In this document: positions 12,221 to 25,479 of the stretch, one piece after another | Layout: every line of letters starts with the position of its first letter | How positions within the stretch are numbered: position 1 is the first letter of the stretch | Origin: Octopus bimaculoides | Lineage: Eukaryota | Direction: 5' to 3' | Assembly (NCBI RefSeq): GCF_001194135.2 | Contig: NC_068991.1 | Span: 25,360,491-25,421,435, forward strand | DNA: 60,945 nucleotides | The notes under the pieces: model-generated | Seen by the model: the letters and a program-made list of their open reading frames with translations, nothing else | Databases searched by the model: none | Told to the model about the DNA's origin: nothing | Made by a program: the position numbers and the translations under genes

Positions 12221-12737
12221 GTTCTGCTTTCTATCAATTCTACAGGCTACAATCAACAGCTATTCTGTGTAATACGCGATTATGGATTAGTTGCGGTCTA
12301 TACCGAAACCTATTGTGACTATTGTCTTTCCTTCAGCTCTTATCCGGTTATCCTGCGGATCTATTGAAATATATTGGAAAAAGCTGGAACGCTTTAGAAA
12401 TCTTATTGTTTATCAGGGAATGGAAATACTTCTTTGATTACATCTTACCTGTAGAAAGCAAATCAATATCCAAGTATACGAACTTCAGAGAAGCTGGAGA
12501 TTGCATCAGGTGTTACACAAGTAATTATAGAATATGTATCACTGATAGAGTATAAGATATATTGCAGAATTACGCTCAGGTCTTAAAGTTACAAAATTAC
12601 AAATAACTCATCTAATCGAGGTTCAAAGTTCTGCAGGAGTATATATAACTTTGGGACTGCCATGTTGGCTTGGCGATAACTATTAATTTCCAGTACCACT
12701 GCCGTAGTCTCCTTTAGAGAGACTTAGAAATATTAAT

Positions 12738-12833
<96 letters not shown>

Positions 12834-13087
12834 ATGGTCAGAAGTTACCCGACACTAATTCAAAATTCCATAAATACTATCTGTAATTCTGTATTGACTC
12901 GAATGGAAAAATGTATCACTCACGAAGGACTTCATTTTGAACAATTTTCATGATGTTTCATATTTAGATGCTTTTATTAAATTTATTCAGTTGTTACACA
13001 TAAACAGATCTTGGAATTGAATGGCTTTGCTTTACTGTCAGGAGACTTTTGACCAACCATTTATATATGTGTATATATACATATGTA

Positions 13088-13161
<74 letters not shown>

Positions 13162-13499
13162 TATTGTTCCGATGGTAACCACTCCTGAAGAAGTGCCAAG
13201 GGTCAAAATCCAATGGACCAGTCACTGGATANNNNNNNNNNNNNNNNNNNNNNNNNNNNNNNNNNNNNNNNNNNNNNNNNNNNNNNNNNNNNNNNNNNNN
13301 NNNNNNNNNNNNNNNNNNNNNNNNNNNNNNNNNNNNNNNNNNNNNNNNNNNNNNNNNNNNNNNNNNNNNNNNNNNNNNNNNNNNNNNNNNNNNNNNNNNN
13401 NNNNNNNNNNNNNNNNNNNNNNNNNNNNNNNNNNNNNNNNNNNNNNNNNNNNNNNNNNNNNNNNNNNNNNNNNNNNNNNNNNNNNATATATATATCAAA

Positions 13500-13745
13500 C
13501 GCCCTTCCTGAGCCATAGGTTCACAAGGCTTGTTTCCCGGATCCTATGGTATATATATTCTCCTCTTGGACGGGACGTTGATCCGTCACATTATTACTCA
13601 TTTTTGCCAACTAAATGGTCTGGAACAATATGAAATGAAGCGTTTTGCTCAAGAACACAACGCATTTCCCGATCCAGGAGTTGAAAACACAATCATGAGT
13701 CCAACACCCAAACCAAATCTTTCGAGGCAGTAAACCAGCATAGCC
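13500..13745 (-). mobile_element. tRNA-derived SINE with a CORE-like central domain
   Basis: tgaaatgaagcgttttgctcaagaacacaacgca is the reverse complement of the CORE-like block also seen at 38086, 41220 and 50270. Confidence 0.65.
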
Positions 13746-15494
13746 ACAATCTTATGACTGAAATCATATTAACATAAAGTGTTATAATGAGTATGGTTGG
13801 AACTGAAAGAATGGTTACTTTCATGCCGCTAACATTTACATACTGACACTGTAGTGTAATCTCAAACTGCCAGTTGTTATCGACTACAACATGGCACATA
13901 ACGTTTACCAATTAATTTTAATTCTGTTATTACTCAGACAAACAAATTTAGTTACTTTGGTTATTTAACCCTGAATAAAAGATCGAAAGACAAAGATTAT
14001 GAAGGTTGTCAGTAAAGAGGTAAGTTATTCTCAAACCGTGGACCTTGCTCAAATACTTGCAACAGAGCAGACGACGCCGAAGTTACTCTAGGTCATTCGA
14101 AGTACAGTTAAAACCAAGTGGTAGATTAAATCTCTTATCCCAGAACAAGAATTGTCTTTCCGACGAGTTCCAATATTATTTATGTCTCCGATATTTCAAT
14201 AACGACCTATTGGTAGATCTAAGGCTACAGTAAAATGCATTTGAAGAAGAAAAAAATGCCACTCAGCGGGATAGAACCTGAAACCATGTAGTTGGGAACT
14301 CATCATTTTAACCATACAGTTGTACTTGTGAGTTATCTGACTGACGAAGGTGCTCTGCTAGTCGAATTCGCAATTCCTACGTCAGATGAAATATCATTCA
14401 CCATTCGTTGTTGGCAGTTGTCGCTTTATGAGTTATGGCAAGTTTTCTAGCTGTTAAAGTCTTTCAGAATATATAATATAACATCAGACTAAAGACATAT
14501 GAATAGTCAGTTTAAACCGCTTAATTTTCTAGTATATTACGTCTAAGTTGTCGAGTGTTTTCATCCACATCGAACCGAGATCAATAAATGAAATCAGATG
14601 TGGAAATTCAATTCAAATTAATCAATTGTGTTCCGTTCTGCTGACATTTTATATTGTGGGTAAATGTGGGTACATGTAAAAAAAAAAATCAATACGTGAT
14701 TGTGAATGATATATCTGATAAATATGCAGCTTCGAACTTAAACAAAGAACTGGACGGAAATGATCTCGGTTGTCTGAATATCTTATAGAACCAGATTTAA
14801 AATTGCAATGTTATTCAGTTTTTGTGATGGAATATTTCTGATGATACGGTTTATGTGAGTTTACAGATGGTTGCAGTTAATCTCATCATCTTCTGCAATT
14901 TCGAAGGAAGTTAATGCTTTGTTTAAAGATAATATACATTGATAATTTTCCGTATATGTCATACCATTGCGATAGCCATTTAGAAAACTTTTGAGGAGAT
15001 AGAGCAATAAATTTGTTAAATATATATAAAATTTTGCGCGAGACACAATCAAATCTAATATTTCTGATTATTGAAATTATAGCAAATTGGAATTAACGGT
15101 TAATTTACATGGGGAATTTGATTTAAATTAAAAGGTTACAATTTAGTTATTTCCAATGGTCATTTCTGCAATGGAACTACGTATACGATTTCATTTATTG
15201 GAGATCATATTTACAAAAATAGTTTTCTGAAAACAGAAGAAAATAAAGACAATATCATCTACCCAACTAACAACAACAATGACGACAACAACATCAACAA
15301 TAACAACATCTAATACTGATGCTTTTACAGCAAACGTTGTACTTAATATATCATTTTATACACAAGAAAATGTTGCGTGTATATAATTGTAATTTAACCA
15401 GACACCGTTTCTCAAAACCGATCTATTTTGAAATTATGCTGTTACTTGTTATTCATAAAAGTTTTTTTTAAATTTAGGTTAAAAGCCAGATATT

Positions 15495-15870
15495 TTGAGT
15501 GGATGGGGGTAAATCGATAACTTCGACTCCAGTATTTGACTTGAACTTTTCTTTATCGATCCCAGAGGGGTGAAAGGCAAACTTAGCTTTGTAAGTATTG
15601 AACGCAGAAACGCAAGGTATATTCACCGTCATTCTAACGATTCTGATAGCTCAAGAATATAGATTTCTAATTTAGGCATTAGGTTATCAAATTTCAAGCA
15701 AGAGGAGAACTTAAATAAATACCACAGGCCCCAGAACTTTATTTTATCAACCCCAGATAAAGTTGATCCCGGTAGATTTGTTAATACAGTACGCCAAAAA
15801 AAGTCAAAAATTATCACAAGGCATTATTTCTGACGCTGTAGTGATTCTGTCAGCCCACCACCTTGTTAGG
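15495..15870 (-). mobile_element. Two degenerate SINE fragments (57008 family)
   Basis: atcgataacttcgactccagtatttgac and atcgatcccagaggggtgaaaggcaaac, then a second ttttatcaacccc block and a head remnant gattctgtcagcccaccacctt. Confidence 0.55.
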
Positions 15871-16009
15871 CGTTAGAATAATCATTTCGAAATAAGATGG
15901 CTCAACACAGCGCCTGACAGGCGCGAGATAGTAACCGACTGAATACCAGACTGTACTTGGCAGATAGTTTATCAGTCGCACGAGAATGAAATGAAATGCT
16001 ACCCCAGTA

Positions 16010-16054
<45 letters not shown>

Positions 16055-16450
16055 NNNNNNNNNNNNNNNNNNNNNNNNNNNNNNNNNNNNNNNNNNNNNN
16101 NNNNNNNNNNNNNNNNNNNNNNNNNNNNNNNNNNNNNNNNNNNNNNNNNNNNNNNNNNNNNNNNNNNNNNNNNNNNNNNNNNNNNNNNNNNNNNNNNNNN
16201 NNNNNNNNNNNNNNNNNNNNNNNNNNNNNNNNNNNNNNNNNNNNNNNNNNNNNNNNNNNNNNNNNNNNNNNNNNNNNNNNNNNNNNNNNNNNNNNNNNNN
16301 NNNNNNNNNNNNNNNNNNNNNNNNNNNNNNNNNNNNNNNNNNNNNNNNNNNNNNNNNNNNNNNNNNNNNNNNNNNNNNNNNNNNNNNNNNNNNNNNNNTA
16401 TACATACATACATACATATATACATACATAAATATATACATACATACGTA

Positions 16451-16501
<51 letters not shown>

Positions 16502-16515
16502 ATATATATATATAT

Positions 16516-16875
16516 GGAGGCGCAATGGCCGAGTGGTTAGGGCAGCGGACTAGCGGTTTCGATTCCCAGACTGGGCGTTGTGAGTGTTTATTAAGTGAAA
16601 ACACCTAAAGCTCCACGTGGCTCCGGCAAGGGATGGTGGCGTACCCTGCTGTACATTTTCACCACAAATTTCTCTCACTCTTTCATCCTGTTTCTGTTGT
16701 ACCTGTATTACAAAGGCCAGCTTTGTCACACTCTGTCACGCTGAATCTTCCCCAGAACTACGTTAAGTGTACACATGTCTGTGGAGTGCTCAGCCACTTG
16801 CACATTAATCTCACGAGCAGGCTGTTCCGTTGATCGGATCTACTGCAACCCTCGTCGTCGTAACTGAGTGCCACG
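16516..16875 (+). mobile_element. tRNA-derived SINE, near full length
   Basis: Head ggaggcgcaatggccgagtggttagggc (A box) and ggtttcgattccc (B box), followed by a non-tRNA body. It is inserted in a (TA)n tract. Confidence 0.8.
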
Positions 16876-16888
16876 ATATATACATATA

Positions 16889-17031
16889 TTTTACTCTCGC
16901 TTGTTTCTGCCATTAGCCTGCAGTTCTTATTTATTTGTGAAACATCGTACTTATTCTATCGAATTCTTTTGCCGAGCGGCTAACTTATAGTGACGTAAAT
17001 ACACCAAAACCAGTTGTCAAACGTTGGTGGG
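16889..17031 (-). mobile_element. SINE 3' fragment
   Basis: gtacttattctatcg...ttttgccgagcggctaa...gacgtaaatacacc...gttgtcaa; the gttgtcaagcg junction is shared with 20151. Confidence 0.6.
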
Positions 17032-17175
17032 TCACACACGCACACACACACACTCACACATACACACGCGCACACACAAATTCATATATATGTATGTGTC
17101 TGGATGTGTGTGTGTGTGAGTGTGTGTGTGTGTGTGTGTGTGTCTATGTTGTGTGTGTGTTTGTCCCCCACCACT

Positions 17176-17305
17176 ATATACTGACAGGATTTAGCTTCAC
17201 CATCGGCGATAGAATAGTCACAACTGACGAGCTTTGATTCCAAGTGAAACTACTTTGCTAATATAATGATCCCGCTCGCTGTGAGGCAGTTATCTCCCAT
17301 GTTAG
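17176..17305 (+). repeat. ~130-bp repeat (copy 1) with a hammerhead-like core
   Basis: Homologous to 19197-19327. It has CTGACGA at 17224-17230, a GCTT/AAGT helix and GAAAC at 17246-17250. Confidence 0.55.
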
Positions 17306-17409
17306 AATGTGCGTTTTGTGGCTATAAGGGTCTTTGAATTATGGCTTCGCTCCCTCAGTCATTATGACTGACAAATGAATTTTTCCGTTTTGGTTTTATA
17401 TTGCGTCTA

Positions 17410-17512
17410 CCCAGCTTCTATACAGAGGAAGAGGAAGACACTTGCCAAGGTGCCACGAATTGGACCTGAACCCGAAACCATGTGGCTTCGAAGCAAGCTT
17501 CCAACCACGCCT
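17410..17512 (-). mobile_element. tRNA-derived SINE head fragment
   Basis: gaagacacttgccaaggtgccacg...tgaacccgaaaccatgtgg...gcaagcttccaaccac; same family as 20232-20370. Confidence 0.75.
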
Positions 17513-17526
17513 TTTTGTATATGTGC

Positions 17527-17573
<47 letters not shown>

Positions 17574-17849
17574 CATACATATATATATATATANNNNNNN
17601 NNNNNNNNNNNNNNNNNNNNNNNNNNNNNNNNNNNNNNNNNNNNNNNNNNNNNNNNNNNNNNNNNNNNNNNNNNNNNNNNNNNNNNNNNNNNNNNNNNNN
17701 NNNNNNNNNNNNNNNNNNNNNNNNNNNNNNNNNNNNNNNNNNNNNNNNNNNNNNNNNNNNNNNNNNNNNNNNNNNNNNNNNNNNNNNNNNNNNNNNNNNN
17801 NNNNNNNNNNNNNNNNNNNNNNNNNNNNNNNNNNNNNNNNNNNNNNNNN

Positions 17850-17898
<49 letters not shown>

Positions 17899-17910
17899 TG
17901 TGTGTGAGTG

Positions 17911-17948
<38 letters not shown>

Positions 17949-18330
17949 CAAAGACATTAACAAGAATGAAGGCCAACACATCTTTAATAATCGATTGCAT
18001 AATACAAAAGGCAACAGGCGTTTCTATTATATAAGCATTTCTGGATAAAATAATTGAATGGTACAATACAAAAAATCGGCCCATATTGAATCACTTGTGA
18101 AATCAAATATATCCAAAACTCACGCAAACATAATGTTTTCAAAGGCAAATCACATAAACTTGACGCCAAAGCGTGTTGGCCTTTACGGGTTATTCTGTAT
18201 CTTGTTCCTTTCTGGAATTCTAGGCGAGTTAATGGTCTCCGGTTGTTCGACATAGCCAAGTTCGACATGCAAAGATCCACTGAGCGGCTGCCCAGATTTA
18301 TAAATTTCTATTACTTGGTTATCATATATA

Positions 18331-18630
18331 TAGTCATTGCACGTTGATCGCCATGAGCTTTAAGCTTATATAAAAATACCATTAGTATTACTTACAGGAT
18401 TGTAAATCACTGCGCCGTAATAAAAAAACCTGTAAATAATAATAATGGTATTTTTATATAAGCTTAAAGCCTATGGCGATCACTGTGCAATGACTAAGGA
18501 AAATAATCTAATAAAGGGGCATATAAGCCCTCGACAAAAAAAGAAGCTTTCTTATTCCCTTTATTAGAATATTTACCTTAGTCATTGCACAGTGATCGCC
18601 ATAAGCTTTAAGCTTATATAAAAATACCAT
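18331..18630. repeat. Inverted triplication (A-A'-A) of a ~55-bp unit, forming two overlapping palindromes
   Basis: The unit tagtcattgcac..tgatcgccat..gctttaagcttatataaaaataccat lies at 18331 (+), 18445-18496 (-) and 18579-18630 (+). Confidence 0.95.
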
Positions 18631-19196
18631 ATATATACACACATATATATATATTTATGAGTATGTACGGGTCTTTATGTGTTTGTTTGTTTGTATGTAT
18701 GCCTGTATGTATATATATGTGTGCGTGTATGTATATATAGGCACTCAACAACAACATATCTTCAGTGGACACTTTATTACATTAAATTATATACATACAT
18801 GCAGGTGCATGCTTACTCATACAGACACATACACGCATGCCCCCCCGCCCCGCCAATATATATAAATGAACATATATTGATATAAATATAAAATAACGAA
18901 GGCGGCTATACACAATATAAAATGAACAAGGAAAAATTCAGTTATTACTAACTGGGACCAACAGTGCAGCGTGGCACGTTTGTTGCTTGAATTAAGAATT
19001 AAAAACAGTGCCGAATCTAAGGGTTTTTAAGTCTTATTTCTAGCAATGTAGGTGCTACCCTGTAATGTCAGTCACAGTTAGTGACAACTTAATTTTTCCT
19101 TTTTCGTTTTACATTGCGTATAAGCACCGTCGTTATTTTATAATTTTCATATTTACCATCTTGCTGAATCAACCATTGATTCATATGGTAAATACT

Positions 19197-19327
19197 ATAT
19201 ACTGACAGTCAGGATTTAGCCAAATCATGGAGCGAAATCTCCAGTGATGAGTTTTAACTTTAGCCGAAACTAGATTACTATGGTGATCTCGTTCGCTGCG
19301 GGGCGATTATCTTTCCTGTCAGTGCAT
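19197..19327 (+). repeat. ~130-bp repeat (copy 2) with 8-bp terminal inverted repeats and a degenerate hammerhead-like core
   Basis: ACTGACAG at 19201-19208 and CTGTCAGT at 19316-19323; gTGATGAG...CGAAACTAG; homologous to 17176-17305. Confidence 0.55.
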
Positions 19328-19889
19328 ATATATATATATANNNNNNNNNNNNNNNNNNNNNNNNNNNNNNNNNNNNNNNNNNNNNNNNNNNNNNNNNNNN
19401 NNNNNNNNNNNNNNNNNNNNNNNNNNNNNNNNNNNNNNNNNNNNNNNNNNNNNNNNNNNNNNNNNNNNNNNNNNNNNNNNNNNNNNNNNNNNNNNNNNNN
19501 NNNNNNNNNNNNNNNNNNNNNNNNNNNNNNNNNNNNNNNNNNNNNNNNNNNNNNNNNNNNNNNNNNNNNNNNNNNNNNNNNNNNNNNNNNNNNNNNNNNN
19601 NNNNNNNNNNNNNNNNNNNNNNNNNNNNNNNNNNNNNNNNNNNNNNNNNNNNNNNNNNNNNNNNNNNNNNNNNNNNNNNNNNNNNNNNNNNNNNNNNNNN
19701 NNNNNNNNNNNNNNNNNNNNNNNNNNNNNNNNNNNNNNNNNNNNNNNNNNNNNNNNNNNNNNNNNNNNNNNNNNNNNNNNNNNNNNNNNNNNNNNNNNNN
19801 NNNNNNNNNNNNNNNNNNNNNNNNNNNNNNNNNNNNNNNNNNNNNNNNNNNNNNNNNNNNNNNNNNNNNNNNNNNNNNNNNNNNNNNNN

Positions 19890-20136
19890 ATATTCTTGTA
19901 AAATGTATGTGGGATATAGAATATGGAATATATAAAATATAATATAAAAAAAGATGGATGGTACAATGAAATGAAGTATTGAATGTCTTATTGAATATAT
20001 GAAATATGTCTTATTGAATATATGAAATATTGAGTGTTCAATATAAAGGATTAAATATATAAATATATAAAGGCGAATACGTATTTTTTATACCTTGTGG
20101 TATTTCATCATGGCCGGTATGACGGACTGTAACAGA
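19890..20136 (-). mobile_element. HHR-bearing repeat, family B (probable PLE terminal repeat or retrozyme), copy 1
   Basis: Colinear with 29669-29925 (gtcataccggccatga.ga, tcgcctttatat, atcctttatattgaacactcaatatttcat). Confidence 0.75.
20072..20115 (-). ncRNA. Minimal type-I hammerhead motif, probably inactive (G12 reads A)
   Basis: The minus strand reads GGC CATGATGA A ATACC ACAA GGTAT AAAA AATACGTATT C GCC. Confidence 0.5.
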
Positions 20137-20149
20137 CTATATATATATT

Positions 20150-20370
20150 GGTTGTCAAGCGATGTTAGGCGTGGGGACAAACACAGACACAAACATATAC
20201 ACACACACATACATATATATACATATATACGATATGCCTCTTTCAGTTTCAGTCTACCAAATCCACTCACAAGGCTTTGGTCAGCCCGAGACTATAGTAG
20301 AAGACACTTGCCAAAGGTGCATGTGGTTCATAAACAAGCTACTTACCACACAGCCACTTCTACATCCTGT
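20150..20370 (-). mobile_element. tRNA-derived SINE with an internal (CA)/(TA) tract
   Basis: ttcagtttcagtctaccaaatccactcacaaggctttggtcagcccgagactatagtagaagacacttgcc...cttaccacacagccac. Confidence 0.85.
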
Positions 20371-20374
20371 TTAG

Positions 20375-20454
<80 letters not shown>

Positions 20455-23070
20455 ATATACTTTTCGTAATGAGATAATATAGAACATTTATAAATCGAAC
20501 GTATTNNNNNNNNNNNNNNNNNNNNNNNNNNNNNNNNNNNNNNNNNNNTAGTTGTTAAATACGTACGTAAAATATTATGGCAAACATCTCAAGGCATAAA
20601 CGACATTATTATAGGAACAAATTCAAAATCTTACAGCTGTTTCTGGGATATCCCCGGAGACAAATTGAGGAAAAAAATATGGAAACTGAGAATGATATGG
20701 ATCAATAAGATGAGAACATAGAGGAAGGGAGTAAAAAAATAGGGATCTGGAAAAAGAGAAGAAAAAAGAAGTATAAATGTTCATGGTTCAACTTTCCGAA
20801 ACTATAGAAACCAAAGCATGAGTCATTAAGTGCAGTCTTGCGTAGATCCATGAGCGTGTCTATGTGAGTTACAGTTCTGATGTAGTAGACATCCCAAGAT
20901 ATACAGATTCGTTAAAAATGGAAGAAACAACTTGTTAAAATTTATAAGAAGTTTAATTCTTGCAGACAATAGTTTCATACAAAGATATAATAATAGAAAT
21001 TCATGATTGAATTAAATCAAATAAATATCATCGTTCGTACTCTGCAGTGCAGAAAGGAGAGAGACCATAATATAAGTAACTTAAAAAAGAATAGAGTAGA
21101 AAAAATTAGATCTAGGAGAGTCATATTGTTATTCGTGCGCGAAAGAGATGGGAATCATGTCGGATATTGAACCATAATTAACTGCTTCAACGGTTACTTG
21201 AAGATATAAGAGGTATCGGAAACGTTCCCTCTATAGATAAGTATGGAAATTAGAATTATAGCTCCATATATGTAGCTTTGGGCAAGTAAGTAGGAGAAAT
21301 GTCCAATGGGAAGACAATACCTAACCGTTGAAATCAATACGTAGTATAATATATTTAAAAAAAATCTATACAGAAGAGTGAAGTTTAGCGTGAAAAAGTG
21401 ATATACGAGAAGCTAATAGTTAACGTAAACAAATAGCAAAATATAGAAGAATGAGAATGAATTATAAAAAGAGATGATGTATATAAACGACTTATGTTTA
21501 CATAAAAATCATATTAAGGTAGCACGTATTAATAATAAAGGAGAAAATAAGTAAAATCTGAGAAGCAATTGTTAATATTACAATTAAAGTAGTATGTGTC
21601 TACAAAGATGAAATAGTGAATTTAAAAGTGCTAAGTTAGATAGACCAAATAAATCTAGGGAAGATAAATAAGCGGAGAAAGAGATGAGTAAAAAAATAAT
21701 GGATAGGGATGTGTGGGTTATACGGAAGGTGTATTTTAGCATATATATATATATATATATATATGTCCTGTTATTTGTATTTGTGTAACATTCTCCATTT
21801 TTTCCCCGTCCTTGTTTTCGTATACATTCACTGCTTTCTGCCAAGTAATCTAATGCTCTTAGCCTAGTTTTTCCTTGGGGCTGGCCAGATTGGAACAATC
21901 TCGAATATAACCAGCCGTAATTGCAAAGATAATCTGGAAATCGACTCGATATATAAAAGATTATTCCAGAGGTGTATTAATCCAGCTTAGTAATATGTGA
22001 GAAGGATATAGAATGGCAGTATAAATATAAATATAAGTATAAATATAAGAAAAAAAAACTACATAACTGTACAAAAATTTATACAAAATATAGAAGAAAG
22101 ATAATCTAATATGGAGAAGAGTGTATGTATGTGTAATCATACGTGTGTAGAGGCATACTTACACATGAGTATATAGGTACAGGAATTCGTGTAAATACAC
22201 GATTAAGGTATACATATACATATATGTATACCTTTTATAAATTTGACTATAGAAGTTGTAAACTTCATGATTCTGCTATTTGCCATATAGCTACAATATT
22301 CACTCGCGAGATCAGCATGCAAGTACAAAAAAAGCAACAATTGCAACATATTACGCCGTACAAAACACGATAACGCCAGCCCGAGAAAAACCAGCGCAAC
22401 TACAACGACCAATAACCACCACTATTACCACTGCCATCACCATCACTTGCGTCATTTGTTCTGGTCTTTAATTCGTCCGAGTTCCAAGCTTGCCGAGGTC
22501 AATTATGTCATTAATCATTCTGGAATCACTAAAAGAAAGTACCAGCCACACTATGCGCTCCATTTAATCGAGTACTCTCATCCAACAAAGTGCAAACCTT
22601 CTCCACATATTAGATACATTTATTTTTACTGCTTTATTTTCGTTGCTGTCTTCGTTGTTAAATATCTTTAGAAACTCAGATTCTCAATTTGGCCGCCAAC
22701 AAAACTTGCCATTACCCTGTGTTTACGTTTCGTATATAGATAATAGAATTTTGACCTCGTCAATTGTGTTGATAATTTGTTTATGCTAGAGTGATGCTGT
22801 TTGCTTCACATGTCATTAAAAAGAATCATTTGAATTTCTAATATTTACAACATTGTTTCTCTATGTTCATTTTATTTACTTTTTATCAGAAAGACATTTT
22901 AGTCTAGATATCAATTGTCGGAAATGAATATAAAGTGATTTCTGCTTAGTCCCCACTTAGACTCGGTCAATATGTAAGTAGACGTCTATATGTGTGTGTG
23001 TGTGTTTATGTGTGTGTGTGCATTACGTCTGTGCATTACATACGTAATGCACGCACTCACACATATATAA

Positions 23071-23130
<60 letters not shown>

Positions 23131-23141
23131 GGCACAGACAC

Positions 23142-23201
<60 letters not shown>

Positions 23202-25479
23202 TTATATGTATAGACGCGCGCACACACATAGTGACGCAGTTAATTGCAGGCTACCGTATGTAAATCCATTGAAATTATAACCGTAATGTGAAAGAAATTC
23301 ATTAGCGTACACGAAAACTAATTTGAAAGTGGGGGATGAGAGAGTATTGTATGTGTGAGTATAAGTGTCTTGCTTAATATAAAAACATATAATGATATAT
23401 ATGCTTCAGTAGACATACATGTATGTGTGTGTATACATTCACACACACACACAAACCCTGTAAAATTAGGTTTATTTGATTGGTCATCTGTATTTCAAGT
23501 GGTTGGAAGTATTATTGATCTTAATCAGGTTTGAGTCGTATCTATTTGAACTTGGCATCTTCAATTGTCTCGGCTTTAAACACAAATTGATGGAAAGTTT
23601 AACTGAAAGACATAAATTATATTGATGTCAGCGTAGAGAAATGGAGATAGTAAGTGGCTAATGTTAGTGATTCTTCTTTCGTCTATTATCTCCAAAGACA
23701 TTACGAGAGATCTGCACATATCAATCAACAGTAGATATCGCGGTAAACACGCTTTTACTTTGTATAGTCTGAAATTTCGTTCTAAAATAACAAAATGGAT
23801 TGAATAAACATCGGGTTTCGTCTGGCGGTCATTGTACTGTTTAGTTTTTACCTCTATTGCTGCATCTATTACTAACACAAGCAACTATATACACTACCGA
23901 CGCCGAAATTTGCACTATTACTATCATTTTCCCCACCAAAACTCCACCATTAAATCAACATCGATATAACTACTAATGCGGTAGTCAGAACCACTACGAA
24001 TAAATACTTATGAAATGGTTGTATTCTTCTCTCTCAATTAACGGCAACACAAGGCAGAAAGCTGAAAAAACCGATCGCAACAATACGAATACTACTGGAA
24101 TCATTTTGCAGTTTTATTACTGGTTGCAATGTAGTTGATGTTACTTTTAATTTTTGTGAAATGTAATTTTTAAAACTTTGCTGTTCTTTCTCTGTATATG
24201 AAAATTAAACCGGCTAAGATTCAAACAAGTTCACCATTCATCATAGCCAGGGTGATCACAGATTGTGGGAGAAATAATCAACTTAAATTATGCTCTACTG
24301 AATTGGTCATGCAGTTTATAATTATGCAAAGTATTGACCAAGAATTTAATTAAATATAATTGGGAAATTATGCGCGATCAAAGTTCATTGGAAATATATC
24401 AATAATATGGAAACTATTCGATATTATTTAGATAACACCACCATACTCCCATATACCGCTGCTACCAAAATAATGATGATCATAGCATGATATCTGAACT
24501 TTTACTTTTAAGAACAACCTACTGTAATGTATTTGAGGCCTATAACTATGTGTATACGTTGGTCAACATTCTCACTCAACGTGGAATATCTTGGTATATT
24601 CTTATCTTATCCATTTCTATCATGAGATATATTCCTATTGTTACAGTAAAAACAAACAAGAAGATTATATATTTTCCTGCTTTTAAGACAAGAAGTTTAA
24701 CATTTTGTTTGCATAGTTAAGAAGGATGAATATCTTTAAGCTCTAGATATTTTGCTGAGATGCATTCCACTATACATAAATGCCAAGGAAGAGAAAATAT
24801 CGGCTAACGACGAAGTTCATGTTGCATACCTCTGTTGTAGACCTCAACCATAACCTACAAACATTTAAATTCAGATTAAATATCGTGTTTGTGCGTATTT
24901 GTGTGTGTCTCTGCGTGTGTATTTGTGTGTTTCCAGACTAACGTCCTGCATTCTATATTGTAAACAATAGTATGTCAGAAGGACATGTAGTATTTTCTTG
25001 TGACAAAGACAAGTCAATCGGAAGACCGCAATGATGACCATACCTCGACGACGGCACTACAATCTCTGTGTCAAAGTTCTGCTAGATCAGGGTTGGCGAA
25101 GATTGGAACCACAAAACACTTTAATACACAATCTAGTTTTACTGAAAGTGGGCTGCACCATCTCCAGAAGTAATGGAACATTTTACATGGCGACCGGGAA
25201 CAAAGTGACATCAATACGACTTTTAAAAGTTTTTGCTCTTGTTTAAATGTCGAAATTGCAAAACTTTAAGTTCAATATCCTAATTTACTGATTCTCAGCG
25301 ATAATCGCAACAACATCAACAATAATAATAGATTTTGATATGTGAATAAGTAAATAAAACTACAAACATATGACACCCGTGTATGTAAATTATAAACAAA
25401 AGCAAATGTACAATTTGAATGATATCAAAATTTGCGGCCGCTGCACTTGTAGTGTTAGTTAAAGACCTGGCTCACACCG

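Noticed and set aside
14335-14390. CTGACGA flanked by an ATCTGAC/GTCAGAT inverted repeat
   Set aside because: There is no proper helix II or GAAA, and the pairing uses up C3, so it is not a credible hammerhead.
15910-15924. Perfect GC-rich palindrome GCGCCTG-A-CAGGCGC as a possible Helitron 3' hairpin
   Set aside because: There is no downstream CTRR end, and the one-base loop and context fit a SINE-related fragment better.
16516-16570. tRNA-like sequences here and at 27799-27870 as real tRNA genes
   Set aside because: They have no complete cloverleaf or paired acceptor stem and are fused to repeat bodies, so they are SINE-type heads.
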